Source of the DNA: Octopus sinensis
Taxonomy: Eukaryota
Direction: 5' to 3'
Length of the DNA: 64,000 nt
Assembly: GCF_006345805.1 (NCBI RefSeq)
Contig: NC_043002.1
Coordinates: forward strand, 37,262,001-37,326,000
The notes under the pieces are model-generated. The model had not been told where the DNA came from, searched no databases, and saw only the letters and a list, made by a program, of their open reading frames with translations. Below are positions 1-13,113 of the stretch, piece after piece (within the stretch, counting starts at the first letter, position 1; the number at the start of each line of letters is the position of its first letter). Both the position numbers and the translations under genes were made by a program.

Positions 1-198
1 TAGCAGTATTTCATCTGGTGTTACGTCCTGAGTTCAAATACCGCCGAAGTCGACTTTGCCTTTCATCCTTTTGGAGTCGATAAATTACCAGTTACGCACT
101 GGGGTCAATTTAATCGACTTAATCCCTTTGTCTGTCCTTGTTTGTCCCCTCTGTGTTTAGCCCCTTGTGGGCAATAAAGAAATAAGAAATAAGAAATA
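1..198 (+). mobile_element. SINE family A (tail type 1), 5' end cut by the window edge
   Basis: B-box-like GAGTTCAAAT, body GTCGACTTTGCCTTTCATCC...GTCGATAAA, tail ...GCCCCTTGTGGGCAATAAAGAAATA; many copies in the window. Confidence 0.85.
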
Positions 199-600
199 GC
201 AACATGGTCTCCCTCATATTACATCCTAATGCTTATCAAGAGAATCTGTAAAATGTAATCTTAGGAAGAAATACAAGACAATGAGGGAATATACTAAGTC
301 ACTTGACCAGATAAAAGTAATGACTGAATCATCCTCAAAGCACACCTTACCACTAACACCAGTTGCCAAAAAGAAAGAAAAAGAAATTTACATGTGATGA
401 TGCATTCCTAGATTTACAATGTTGGAATATAAAAAGAAGAAAAAGGAACAAAAATCTACTCAGAATGGTAGTGACAGGAATGCATTTGATCATAGGTCCA
501 TACAAACAGGGCTGATAGGGGCAGTGGGAAGGGGCTAGACAATAAGAAGAATGACAACAGTGATGAGAACTATGGTGGTAATAACAACAAAAACACTACC

Positions 601-832
601 TATTTCTCTACTACCCACAAGGGGCTAAACACAGAAGGACAAACAAGGACAGACAAATGGATTAAGTCGATTATATTGACCCCAGTGTGTAATTGATACT
701 TATTTAATCGACCCCAAAAGGATGAAAGGCAAAGTCGACCTCGGCGGAATTTGAACTCAGAACGTAACGGCAGACGAAATACCGCTAGGCATTTTGCCTG
801 GCGTGCTAATGATTCTGCCAGCTCCCTGCCTT
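601..832 (-). mobile_element. SINE family A, full length, with 17-bp TSD
   Basis: Reverse complement of family A; direct repeat ACAACAAAAACACTACC at 584-600 and 833-849. Confidence 0.9.
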
Positions 833-1511
833 ACAACAAAAACACTACCATCAACAACAGCAAACCAACAACAATGGCAATGATGATGTTGACAATAGCA
901 ACAGCAATACATGGACAGGACATTTACAATTAGAAAGTTTACTAAATAATTACATTTGGAGTGGTCTTATCACTCTTATTTGGCTCACTGGAGTCTGTTT
1001 TGTCTTTAAAAATGCACTAAGAATTTCTTTCCTCCAATTAGTTTTTCTTTTCTTTATTAATACCGATCTGTAGTAAAATTTGCATTTTGTTTAAGATTTG
1101 CACTTGAAAATCTCACTCATCCTTTGAATGTGTGAAAAGGCTTTATAGATGAAACGTTTGAGAATGAAGGAATAGATTGTTAGATCTTCTTTAGCTTTTT
1201 CATAGTGTTTGAATCTATAATTTATGAATTTATAAATTTTGTAATATAAATATATAATATAATATAAATATATAATATAATATAAATATGATATAATATA
1301 ATATAAATATAATATTATATAATATAAGTATAATATAAACTTAGAAAATTTGTAATTCATAAATTTATAAAAACTTTTGAAAAGAGTTCAACAGTTTTAT
1401 GAGAAAAACATAGTGGAGAGAATGTGAATATAGTGTGCATGTATAATATTAATATATAAACTAATTGAATAACTGAAAGAATAAACAAACAGCATTCACA
1501 TTCACATTATT

Positions 1512-1943
1512 CTTTTCTACTCTAGGCACAAGGCCTGAAATTTTTGGGGAGGGAGCCTGTCAATTAAAGTGAACCCCAATATGCAACTGGTACTTAATTT
1601 ATTGACCCTGAAAGGATGAAAGGCAAAGTCGACCTCGGTGGAATTTGAACTCAGATAGTAAAGACAGATGAAATACTGCTAAGAATTTCCCCTGGCATGC
1701 AAATGTTTCTTATTTCTTTATTGCCCACAAGGGGCTGAACATAGAGTGGACAAACAAGGACAGACAAAGGGATTAAGTCGATTACATCGACCCCAGTGTG
1801 TAACTGATGCTTAATTTATTGATCCCAAAAGGATGAAAGGCAAAGTTGACCTCGGTGGAATTTGAACTCAGGTCGTAAAGACAGACAAAATATACTAAGA
1901 ATTTTGCCTGGCGAACTAACGTTTCTGCCACCTTGCCACCTTC
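1512..1943 (-). mobile_element. SINE family A heterodimer (tail-1 unit joined to tail-2 unit)
   Basis: Two consecutive family A bodies with different tails, flanked by one TSD TTCACATTATT (1501-1511 / 1947-1957). Confidence 0.8.
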
Positions 1944-2156
1944 ATGTTCACATTATTGAAACATATTTGAAAAAATTGAACTTTTAAAGTAATCATTATG
2001 CTGAAAATGTATTTTCAGCAAATAATTAGTTTTTTTTCAAAAAGTTAAAAAAAATATATCATTAAAGCAAGTTTGAGATTGTCAGTCATATACTTGGAGA
2101 TATAATTAACATCTACTGAAAAAGATCTTTGAAGTTTAATAAAATAAGTATTAATA

Positions 2157-2370
2157 ATTCTTTCAACTATTGGCACTGAGTGTGAAATTTCTTTTGGTGG
2201 GGCCCACTACTCAATTATATTGACCCCAGGGTCCAACTGGTACTTATTTTATCGTCCTCAAAAGGATGAAAGACAAAATCGACCCCAGTGGAATTTGAAC
2301 TCAAAATGGGACAAAATGCTGGTAAGCATTTTATCCAGTATGCTAACAATTCTGCCAGCTCATCACCATA
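2157..2370 (-). mobile_element. SINE family A (tail 2), diverged
   Basis: AAAGGATGAAAGACAAAATCGACC...GGAATTTGAACTC...TTCTGCCAGCTC. Confidence 0.8.
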
Positions 2371-3120
2371 ATAAGTTTCAATAATAATGCAAACAAACAT
2401 ACTTGCATATGTGATCAGTCCGTGTTATCATATATATGCCTTTGGATCTCAAGGCTATATCATGGGTCACAGGGAGTAAAATTAATCCTTTTGTGGCCTT
2501 ATTTATATTGAGCAGATCACCTGTTTAAATTAATTTTCAATATAGCCAAAATATAGTAAAATATTTGCAATTCTATGTATTTGTATAATATGCCCATGTT
2601 GACTGACTGAAAGCTAACAATATCATTCATGCTATAATCTGATTTTAATTGAGATTTTAATTTAAGTACAGGCACCTAAATACAGATCATCTAAAGTGAG
2701 TTGGTATTAAACAGTTGCAAAAGGACAGTCTTTGGGAAATGCATACAATCAATGTAATTCAAATGACTGTGTTTGTTCTTTCCAAAGAATATATACACTG
2801 TAAAAGTCTTTACATATCTTTAAAAGCTAATGGAACACTGGTCACTTTCACAGTGCTACAATAGCTTTTAATGTAAGGTTTCTGCTCTGCAATACTTATT
2901 TATGGTGAGATGGACCAGATTATCTGTTGGACAAAGGGTTGGACAAAATAATGGAAACACTTAGCATCATAAGCATCATAATTTTGAAATATCTATAAAA
3001 CCGTCAAAAGCTTGTTTATTTTTATGTTTTTTTTTTTTTATTATTAGTTTTGCTTAATGTTTTGCTAAAATTGCTGTTTCTTTCAGATATCACCAGAAAA
3101 AGGTAATCAAAATGGTAATT

Positions 3121-3294
3121 AATTGGTTCCTAGAGCAGTGGAAGAATGTTATTTTCTCGGACAAGTCATCCTTTACCTTATTTCCAACCACCGGCTGAGT
3201 ATACGAGTGGAGACAGCCAAAAGAAGCATTTGACCAAGACTTCCTTCTTCCAACTGTTAAACATGGAGGAGGATCTGTGATAAATTGGGGGGGG
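3121..3294 (+). pseudogene. Tc1-family transposase fragment
   Basis: Frame from 3121: NWFLEQWKNVIFSDKSSFTLFPTTG*VYEWRQPKEAFDQDFLLPTVKHGGGSVINWGG, matching Tc1 motifs W..V.FSDES.F and PTVKHGGGSVMVWG. Confidence 0.85.
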
Positions 3295-3462
3295 CTGAAT
3301 GTCAGAGTCTAGAGTGACTAACTGCTTATTTTGAATTCTTCAAAAGGATACAGTATAAGTTAGTTCTGAGTGTGTGTGAAAGGGAGAAAAAAGATAAGAA
3401 CAGAAACAGAGAAAAGAAGTTAAGAAGTAAAAGGAAAGAGGAAAAAATGAAGAAAATGTCAG

Positions 3463-3830
3463 TCATGGCTGTGTGGTAAGAAGTTTGCTTACCAACCACA
3501 CGATTTTGGGTTCAGTCCCACTGCATGGCACCTTGGATAAGTGTCTTCTACTATAGCCTTGGTTTGGTCAAAACCTTGTAAGTGGATTTGGTAGACGGAA
3601 ATTGAAAGAAGCCTGTTGTATGTGTGTGTGTTTGTCCCCCACCATCACTTGACAACTAGTGTAAGTTTAAATCCATGTAACTTAGCAGTTCAGCAAAACA
3701 AGGTCAATATAATAGGTACCAGACCTTAAATAAATAAGTACTAGAATTGATTCGTTCGACTAAAGATTCTTCAAGGTGGTGCCTTAGCATGACCACAGTC
3801 TAATGACCGAAACAAGTAAATTAAAATAAA
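3463..3830 (+). mobile_element. SINE family B (tRNA-like head, internal TG microsatellite)
   Basis: TGGCTGTGTGGTAAGAAGTTTGC...GGTTCAGTCCCACTG...GGCACCTTGG...GAAACAAGTAAA; more than 15 copies in the window. Confidence 0.85.
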
Positions 3831-3964
3831 TACAATGAGACAAGATTTCTTGTTTCGTGTATTATACTATCTGCAACTGCACTGGAACATGGTACTTATC
3901 AGCATAAAATATAGAAGGAATCTCTCTTTTTAGTTGTTTAGTAAAACGAAAATATAATGCTGCT

Positions 3965-4058
3965 TTACTTTTTCTTGAAGAAATGGGGCTGAGAGATTAC
4001 TTTTTCTTGAAGAAATGGGGCTGAGAAATTACTTTTTCTTGAAGAAATGGGAATGAGG
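3965..4058. repeat. 32-bp tandem repeat, about 3 copies
   Basis: GAAGAAATGGG recurs at 3977, 4009 and 4041. Confidence 0.85.
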
Positions 4059-4744
4059 GATTTCTAGATAAGTAAAAGTAGAAAAAAAATGAAATAGAAA
4101 AAAAATTCAGATATAAACAGATATACAAAAGGAGGTAAAAATAAATAAATATATATATAAAATTCAGTTCAGACCAAAATGCTATTACTTGAAGAAATTC
4201 GCACAAATTACTCTTCCAAGTCACCGTGTTAATATGCAATAGAAAATTCTGAAACATGCTAATTCTTGTAAAAAACTGGAGATGGATGTTTCTTCAATTA
4301 TATAATTTCAACGATAAAGTAAACGGCCAAAGGTCTCAAATGAGAAATATGAAATACAAATCTAAGATGAAAAGCCATCATCACAACTGCACAAATACAT
4401 TTGAAAGAATTCTGGTTAGTAAAAGAAAAAGTCTTCTTTAGAAGTAATTTTTTTGTTTCATAATTTGTTACATCCATAAAATTATAATTAGTTATCAACT
4501 AGGATTGGTAATGTCTGACTTGGAAAGAATTGTATATAAATCTATTTCTTCATTGGTTGATATGGGAACTATTCCATTTGACTGTACTGATTAAAGAATT
4601 GATCATTTTAAGTTAAAATACCATGTAGTGTCAGTGAGACTAATAACTGCACAGATGCTAAAGAGTGTGTTTAAAACTTCTGAAAATAGGGATTGAAGGT
4701 TAGCCATGTAAGTCACCAAGTTAGAATTATTTATGCATCCATCC

Positions 4745-5367
4745 CACCTGCAGCTTTATATAGCTATGGTAAGACCTCACTTGGAATTTGCATCACCGGT
4801 CTGGAACCCCTATTTTGCCCAGGATATTAATCATCTAGAAGCTGTTCAGCGACGTGCAACCAAGAGAATACCCTCCATCAGGCATTTGTCATATTCTGAA
4901 TGCCTTACTTCCCTGGGCATGGATACACTGAAAATCCGACGTCTGGCAGCTGACTTGGCAGACACCTATAAAATTATTAACCATCTTACAAACAATAACT
5001 CTGAGCACCTTTTCAAACTCCACCTGTCTAACACCCATGGACATGTTTACAAAGTCAGAAAACAGCACAGCTCCCATGACTTTCGGAAACATTTTTTTAT
5101 GCTAAGAGTTGCTGAAGTATGGAACAAACTGCCGGCATCAGTTGTTTGTTGTCGGAGCACTGCATACTTCAAAACTTCCATGCTTCCTGAGATTCACCAA
5201 CACTATACCTGATTTTCTCCCTTCCATACATGTGCAAGCATGTATCTAACTCATACACTGTTCACTTTCCAGACATTTGTACATTACTGCATATGCTTTA
5301 TATGCACTTTTGACAAGTTGTGGTGCACCTGAGCACTGTATACAATAATTTCATTATTATTATTATA
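4745..5367 (+). mobile_element. CR1-clade LINE, 5'-truncated (ORF2 C-terminus, 3' UTR, (ATT)n tail)
   Basis: ORF 4733-5212: LYIAMVRPHLEFASPVWNP...LEAVQRRATK...RRLAADL..TYKI...FF.LRV..VWNKLP, typical CR1 ORF2 end; ends CATTATTATTATTAT. Confidence 0.9.
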
Positions 5368-5477
5368 ATTATTTTTATAAAATGTCAAATAATGAACAGT
5401 TTTCTTTTTTGTTTATGCTTCACATTAATTCCTTATAAAGGATAAGCAGATATAGCATTGGAGTGTACATATACATA

Positions 5478-5742
5478 CATATGGCTGAGTATTTTAGAGT
5501 GTTGTGCTCATGATTGTGAGACCCTGGTTTGCATTTCCTGACTGAGAGGTGCAGTTTGTTCTTGAGCAAAACGCTTCATATCATATTGCTCTGCGATCAT
5601 TTCAGCATCTGACATGTGGCACACTTATGCACATCTACAGACAATGTTGATTTGTCAGAGGGAGTGAGCTTATGTACGACTCAACAGTAGCTCCCCTTTG
5701 AATAAATCATTTATGTGGTTGTTTGGCAAGAAGCTTTAGACC
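5478..5742 (+). mobile_element. SINE family D (tRNA-like head, CORE-like segment), diverged
   Basis: GTTCTTGAGCAAAACGCTTCATATCATATTGCTC is shared with the copies at 50609 and 54290. Confidence 0.6.
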
Positions 5743-5801
5743 CTTATACATTGTCTAATGACAGGAGGGATAATATATGTGTGTGTGTGTATAATATATA
5801 T

Positions 5802-5850
<49 letters not shown>

Positions 5851-5966
5851 GAATAAAAACATAAACCACTATTATGCAATTCAAACAATGATAGACATAA
5901 ATCAAAACATAAATAACAAATAAATATATTTTTTCATAAAACATATAACTAGATCACAAAAAGTAT

Positions 5967-6247
5967 CTCATCCGGAGTGATGAGGCTGTATTCCATGTTG
6001 GTGGTTTTATCAATCGTTAGAACTGCCATTATTGGGCATCATGTGATAAGGATCCGAACATGATGTTGAGAGGATGCAAGCTTGACCAAGAGTGACCATG
6101 TGGTGCGGAATGACAACAACACGAATCGTTGGCCCATATCTACTGCATGACACCATGAATGCAGCCTGTTATCTTCACATGTTCAAAAATTATGTGTGGC
6201 TCATGGTGTCTGGCTGGGATAACATTGGTGACCTGATATTCATGTAG
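5967..6247 (+). pseudogene. Tc1/mariner-superfamily transposase fragment (rosa/DD41D-like)
   Basis: LIRSDEAVFHVGGFINR*NCHYWA...RVTMWCGMTTTRIVGPYLLHDTMNAACYLHM...LIFM matches SDEA.F...G.VN..N.R.W / V.VWCG....IIGPY motifs; frameshift and stops. Confidence 0.75.
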
Positions 6248-6367
6248 GAATTGACTGTCAACAATATTTTTGAACAAGAATGATAAATTTGTACTCTACA
6301 AAAGTATAGAGTAACCCATCAGGTTAATGTAAAATTGTTTCTATTATAATTGAACATAAAAAACAGC

Positions 6368-6445
<78 letters not shown>

Positions 6446-6446
6446 T

Positions 6447-6616
6447 AAAATACAAAATACAAAATGGGACAAGAACGCAAAATATCCAGATAGACGATAC
6501 AAAGTAAACAAAGACATGTCATTCAAAGTTTTCTTTCCTCACTCAAGCACCAGATTATCCTCGCATTTCGGCTGTATACATACATAATACATACATAATA
6601 TATACATAATACATAC

Positions 6617-6656
<40 letters not shown>

Positions 6657-6812
6657 CAAAATGGGACAAGAATGCAAAATATCCAGACAGCTAGATGATA
6701 CAAAAATGGGACAACAAAATATCCAGATAGACGATATAAGGAAAACAAGGATGGGTCATTTGAAGTCTTCTTTCCTCAGTCAAGCACCAGATTATCCTCG
6801 CAATTTCAGCTG
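6447..6812 (-). repeat. Two copies (6447-6572, 6651-6812) of a (TA)n-associated repeat, possible Penelope pLTR fragment
   Basis: AAAATACAAAATGGGACAAGAA...CCAGATTATCCTCGCA repeated, each copy flanked by TA/TACA microsatellite; related to 31735 and 32541. Confidence 0.55.
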
Positions 6813-6854
6813 TATACATACATACATACATACATACATAATACATTCATATAT

Positions 6855-7297
6855 GATGGCCGTCCACTCGTGACCGAGGAAGACCATTGCCGACCTTCAG
6901 GAACATTGCGCGCTCTAGGACTAACTTATATTTTGCATTTGCAACTCGGTTGGTGGCTAATGAGCCCTGCTCTTGACAAACACACACGACTGCAAACATT
7001 GCAGACCAAGCTTTCCCCATTCACTATACGAGCCGTGCGCTTTTGCACAGCTCGCCTAAGTTCTTCATGCTGGATACGTGCTCTCTCAAAAGTGTCGATC
7101 CCCTCCTTAACCTGCTTCCTCCATCTGTGGTGATGACAGACATTGTTCTCCCAGTCAGTGTTCTGCATATCAAAGGCCTTTAACGAGGACTTAACACAGT
7201 CCTTAAATCGCAGCCTTGGTTTCTGCCGGAGTCTCCTTCCATTCACAAGTTCTCCATAGAGCATCTGCTTAGGAATCCTTCTATCCTCCATTCTAAT
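6855..7297 (-). mobile_element. RTE (BovB-like) LINE 3' end
   Basis: ORF 6926-7414: RMEDRRIPKQMLYGEL..G.R...PRLRFKDCVK..LK...WE...RWR...CNVCSRVCLSRAGLISH (C-terminal Zn finger). Confidence 0.9.
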
Positions 7298-7817
7298 ACA
7301 TGATGATGACAATAATAATGATGACGTGTATCTGTCAATGGTACTGTGTTTGTGAGCACACTGCATACATGTGCAATGCTTGCATATATTGTGTGTGTTG
7401 GTATACCTATACATGAGCCTTCTTGCTGCTGGCTTTTCATTCTTATCATTGATTGTACTTTTCAGTGCATGGTTATCTGTCTTTCATTCTCATTTCCTAT
7501 AACTCAAGGGAAGAAAAATTTGTCCATAAACATACTTATTCTCACACACAGATGCATACTTATATGTGTTGCTGTTCACATGCATCCATATGCAGATATA
7601 ATATGATTATGAATGGTACTGAAAGGACATGACTGATTAACTGAATGAGGAATCAAGAAAGTGCTTAGCTAATAGGTTAATTAGTTAACTAATCAGGTAA
7701 TATTAATAAAACGAGTGCACATATTTCTTTGTGGGTAAATGACCCTGCCAAGATACAAGATCTGTTTCAACATGTGCGTTCACATCAAGGGTCTTGCAAA
7801 GTCAATAGAAAACCAAT

Positions 7818-8135
7818 CTATCTATCTATATATGTATGTATATATATGTATATATATATGTACATATATATATGTATATATATATGTACATATATATATA
7901 TGTATATATATATATGTATATATTATATGTATATATATATGTATATATATATGTATGTATGTATATATATGTATATATATGTATATATGTATATATATAT
8001 GTATATAATATATATACATATATATCATCATCATCATCATCACGTTAAGCGATGATGATGATGATATATGTATATATTATATGTATATATATATATGTAT
8101 ATATATGTATATATATATGTATATATATTATATGC
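7818..8135. repeat. Compound (TA)n/(TATG)n/(CAT)n microsatellite
   Basis: Direct reading; explains the YI/CI-rich ORFs. Confidence 0.95.
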
Positions 8136-8899
8136 AGCCATGTATATTTGCTTTTTAATATAGTTCATTTTTCAGTTGCAGTGCAGATTTAGTTTTATGA
8201 GCAAAACTGTTATCAATATCACTACCATCTCCACTTTTTCTTTTTCTATCATTTATTACTAACTTTATTGTCATCACCACCATCATTGTCATCGGCTTAC
8301 AAAACAACCGACCAATCTTATCAACTTAATGTGTTAGCATGAAACATTTGTAGCTCCACAAGAGAAAGAGTAAGTGAGAGAGAGAGAGGGAGAAAGAGAG
8401 AGAGAGTGAATATTTTTATTATTACTATGACAGCTGAAGTATCTGCTGTTTATATGATTTACTGCTATGCCACAACAGTAAACTACCTCCATATCTACTG
8501 CATTGAATGTGTTAAACACATACCTCATAAATCCTGTTTGAAAGCTCTTGATAAAATGTTCAGTTTACCATAAAGTGGAATTTCCAGTTGGTACAGGTGT
8601 AACTAGTGGGAAAGTTGAATGTTCCAGTAACAGTTTCAAAGCAAATAGTCCTGTGGTTTAATTCTCATTTCATCTAAGTCAATGAAGATTTGGATTTCTC
8701 TGCAAGTCATAGCAGAAGCACCAGCTGCATTAATAAATGGACAGGCTTATTGAGCGTGAAATACCAAAATGACTGGGTATTATATAAACATAAGGGTGGA
8801 TTCTCTGTCAGTTTTGATTGATGACTATCTACTTGTTCAATAAACTGAATTTCTACTCTTGAAATTAATGCGAGCATGGCTAAGTATACCTCTGCTATC

Positions 8900-9118
8900 T
8901 TATCTTTTACTTGTTTTAGTCATTGGCTTGTGGCCATGCTAGGGCACCACTCTGGAGGGTTTTAGTAGAACAGATCAATCTCAGTACTAATTTTTAAAGT
9001 TTGGTGCCTAGTCTATTAGTGTCTTTGACTGAATTGCTAAGTTACAAGGACATAAACAAATCAACACCTGTTGTCAAGAAGTGGTGGTGATAGGCAGACA
9101 AAGGCACAAAGACAGAGA
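8900..9118 (-). mobile_element. SINE family B, 3' half
   Basis: TCTTTTACTTGTTTTAGTCATT...GGCCATGCT...GCTAAGTTAC. Confidence 0.75.
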
Positions 9119-9166
9119 TATTTAGGTGTATATGTATTGTGAATATGTTTATATATATATATATAT

Positions 9167-9478
9167 CACCGTGATCACCATGACCGACTAGGCTATCAGA
9201 TGTTGCTACAGATTGCTGGTCACAATGCGCTTTGCATTGTTTTAGCCTTCAAATGTCGCCACCCCGCTGGCTAAGAGAGCAGACCAACAGAAGAAAGAGT
9301 GAGAGAAAGTTGTGGTGAAAGAGTACAGCAGGGATCGCCACCACACCCTGCTGGAGCCTCGTGGAGCTTTAGGTGTTTTCGCTCAATAAACACTCACAAC
9401 GCCCGGTCTGGGAATCGAAACCGCGATCCTACGACCATGAGTCCGCTGCCCTAGCCACTGGGCTATTGCGCCTCCACA
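9167..9478 (-). mobile_element. SINE with tRNA-like head (family D-related, distinct tail)
   Basis: Minus strand reads GGAGGCGCAATAGCCCAGTGGCTAGGGCAGCGGACTCATGGTCGTAGGATCGCGGTTTCGATTCCC (A/B boxes), then TTGAGCGAAAACACC. Confidence 0.8.
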
Positions 9479-9949
9479 CACACACACATATATATATATA
9501 TGATGAATTCTCTTGCTATGAATGACAAATGAGGGTTCAGTAAAACAAAGCAGTAATCATGTTCTGTGGACACAAATGTATCTCTTGAGGCCCACTGGTG
9601 CCTTGCAAACCTTTTGGCAAATGCAACAAGCTGAAGGTACAATTTGCTTGAGTGCTTGTGGATCATTTACTATGTGTTTTCTTGAGTGGACAGCAAGGCA
9701 TGCTTTGCTTCATGCTGTAAAACTACAATGACAGGTTATGTTTCCATTTAAAGGAGCAGCATTTTGCCAGTGTGCCTTCATTCTTGCATGAAGTTGGTCC
9801 CAAAGTTGCAGTCGACTTTGCTCAAATCTTCGAACTGAGGAGAAGCAGGAATGGCACCAGGTCCTGCATTCTGATGCCTTATTTTCTCAGGAAGAAAAAG
9901 GAATATATATGTATATTTGACAGGCTTCCAGAAACATATATTTGACAGG

Positions 9950-10560
9950 TTTCACAGTCACAGCATATCTCCAGAGGTCTCGGTTTTTCGTCATTGCCTC
10001 TGTGAGACCCAACATTCAAAGATCATGCTTGACCATCTCATTCCATGTCTTCCTGGGTTTACCTCTACTCCAGATTCCTTAAACTGCTTGGGAGTGGCAC
10101 TTCTTCACACATCTTTCCTCATCCATCTGTAGTACATGACCATACCAGCACGAATGTCTCTTGCATGCCACATCCTATGCTTCTTATGTCCAACATTTCT
10201 CTCAAGGTGCTTACACTCTATCGTGTGTGCACACTGACATTACACATCAAGAGGATCATGCTAGCTTCATTTCTTTTGCACCTATGCATGTCCTCTGCAG
10301 TCACGGCCCATGTTTCACTGCCTTGAAGCATGGTAGTTCACACACATGCATCGTACAATTTACCTTTCACTCTGAGCGAGAGGCCCTTTGTCCCCAGTAA
10401 GGGTAGAAGCTTTCTCAACTTTTCCCAGGCTATTCTTATTCTAACATCCCCCCCCACTACTAACTTGGTCACGTAGGTAGCGGAAGCGATCAACTACTTC
10501 TAGTTTCTCCCCCTGGCATGTGATGGAATCTGTTTTCTTAGCATCTGTGGTGTTTGGAAT
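9950..10560 (-). mobile_element. RTE-clade LINE fragment, 3' part of the ORF, decayed
   Basis: Minus strand: GEKLEVVDRFRYL...RIRIAWEKLRKLLPLL.TKGLSLRVKGKLYDACV*TTMLQGSETWAV...RGKPRKTW.EMVKHDL. Confidence 0.85.
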
Positions 10561-10591
10561 CTGTTTTCTGAGCCTCACACACATATATGTA

Positions 10592-10635
<44 letters not shown>

Positions 10636-10659
10636 AATATATGTGTGTCTATTTCTATG

Positions 10660-10691
<32 letters not shown>

Positions 10692-11029
10692 TACATACAC
10701 ATATATATATTTTTCTTTCGATGCTGAATCAGATTGAGTATTATTCCTATAGTCTTTCTATACTTCTCTATATGTTTGCTATCTGTCTGAATATTTGTCT
10801 AAGCATTCTTACTTTTGGCTAGCCCCATCCCTTTAATATTATTTCCATATTTTCTTTCTTGCTGTCTTTGGCAAATAATCTCTCTTTCATGTTCAAACAT
10901 AACCCTTTATATCTTCATTTCTATTTCTTGCACATGTATCCTTCCTTTCTTCATTTCTCTGTTTGCGTGCTGTAATTCCCAATACTCTCATTAATCTATC
11001 TGCCTGTTTCTCTATCTTTGTATCCTTCC

Positions 11030-11037
11030 ATCTACCA

Positions 11038-11089
<52 letters not shown>

Positions 11090-11374
11090 GTGTGTTTGTC
11101 TGTCTGTCTGCCTGCCTGCCTGTCTGTACCTACCTATCTATATGTCTATCTGTATGTCTACTTATCTATCCAGCGACTTATCTATCTATCTGCCTACCAA
11201 TCTATTCTCTTACCTATGTTTGTACAGGCATACCTACCTACCTATCTACCTCCCTACCTAAATCTCTCTCTCTCTCTCTCTCGCTATCTATTTATCTATC
11301 TACATATGTACATGTATGCATACCTAAATACTTATCTATTTGTCTTTCTATTTACTTATCTATGTATCTATCTG

Positions 11375-11405
<31 letters not shown>

Positions 11406-11560
11406 GTCTACCTTCCTATCTAACTATTTGTCTTTCTATCTACTTATGTATGTATGAATGTATGTGTGTATATAACTATCTATCTATCTATCTGTCTATC
11501 TATCTACTTACTCACCCAGCTAGCTGTCAGCCTATATGTCTGTCTGTCTATCCATCTGAC
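11030..11560. repeat. Degenerate (TCTA)n tetranucleotide array
   Basis: Direct reading; source of the SIYL ORFs 10963-11707. Confidence 0.9.
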
Positions 11561-12042
11561 TGTGTCCTAATTTCTCATTATCATTTACTTTTCATCATTC
11601 TTTATAATATACTTCTACCTCACTCTCTCCTCCAACTCTTCTTTCTCTCTCTCTCTCTCTCACTCTCTCTCTCTTTCCTTAATACATTAACCTGTACCTG
11701 TATTTAATTCCTTGCCTCCATCACTATGACTGTTAAATATCACTTATAATTACATTTTCTTTTCCATTAAACATCAATCAGAATTGCCTTCTGACATTTA
11801 ACGTACTTGACCAATAGAGAAGATGTTGATGCTGGCCATGGTCACAGTGAAGCAATATATCTCTGGTTAAATTGATTCTGTAAATTTGTTTCCTATTATC
11901 CTTTGTGTGAATTGAACTCGCAACTAGGGAACATTTAGTTTGTGATACTATGACTGTGAAGATACTGTTAGGTTTGTTGCACCGAACCACAAAAAAAAAA
12001 ATGTTTCCAGTCTTTTATAATTTTTTATATTTTTTAATATAG

Positions 12043-12440
12043 AGGTGCAGGAGTGGCTGTGTGGTAAGTAGCTTGCTTACCAACCACATAGTTCCAGGTT
12101 CTCATCCCACTACATGGCACCTTGGGCAAGTGTCTTCTACTATAGCTTTGGGCTGACCACAGCCTTGTGAGTGGATTTGTTAGACAGAAACTGAAAGAAG
12201 CCTGTCGTATATATGTGTGTGTGTGTGTGTATGTCTGTGTGTCTGTTTTGTCCCACCACCATCACTTGACAAGCGATGTTAGCGTGTTTATGTCCCTGTT
12301 ACTTAGCAGTTTGGCAAAAGAGACTGATAGAATAAGTACTAGGCTTACAAAGAATAAGTCTTTGGGTCGATTTATTCGACTAAAGGAAGTGCTCCAGCAC
12401 TGCCACAGTCAAATGACTGAAAAAATTTAAAGAATAAAAG
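12043..12440 (+). mobile_element. SINE family B, full length
   Basis: GGTGCAGGAGTGGCTGTGTGGTAAGTAGCTTGC through CAGTCAAATGACTGAAA. Confidence 0.9.
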
Positions 12441-12454
12441 AATTTATTCTTTTC

Positions 12455-12665
12455 CTCATCGTCATTGCTGCTGTCATTGTCATCATCCGCATCCCTTGCA
12501 CCACCAGCACCACCACTGTCACTAGTAGTGGTGGATGGAGTAACAGTGGCAGTAGTAGTAGTAGTAGTAGTGGTAGTGGTGGTGGTGGTGGTGGTGGTGG
12601 TAGTAACAGCAACAATACATCAGCAGCAGCAACTACAACTACAGCAGCAACAGCAGCAGCAGTAA
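12455..12665. repeat. Compound trinucleotide repeats (CAT/GTA/GGT/CAG)
   Basis: Direct reading. Confidence 0.9.
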
Positions 12666-13113
12666 TCAATCTCAAGATCAGAAAGATCTACATTATCTCT
12701 TCTCCCTCTTTTCCTCTTCTCCCTCTTTTCCTCTTCTCCCTCTTGTCCAACTTTCTCTTCTATCTTTTTCTCTCCCTCTGTTTTTTTCTCGCTCAAACTC
12801 TTTCCCCTCTCCCAAATCTCTGAATTTGGACTCTAATACATTTCCTTTCATCTTGAAGATGATGAAATGCCTCATCTAATGATTTACATTTCAACATAAA
12901 ATAACTGGAAAAAAAAATGAGAAAAAAAAAAACTGTTAAAAAACTATTTTGACTTCTTGGTCAGTCGTCAATAATGAATTTTAAAATGGATTTTCCTTTC
13001 TTTCTCTCTCTCTGTCTCTCTCTTTGTCTGTCTGTCTCTCTTTCTCTCTCTCATATTCCCTACTTTTTCAACCAATCAGAAGTCAGAACTAAACTTTTGC
13101 TTTCTTTTAAAAG

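Noticed and set aside
3087-3102. 16-nt micro-exon-like signal TTTCAG|...AAG|GTAATC
   Set aside because: Lies immediately beside the Tc1 relic and probably belongs to it; no independent support
7735-7800. Hammerhead-like GAAACAGATCTTGTA on the minus strand
   Set aside because: No CUGANGA core in register with stems I and II
10963-11707. Long ORFs of 164 and 229 aa
   Set aside because: Translations of the (TCTA)n microsatellite
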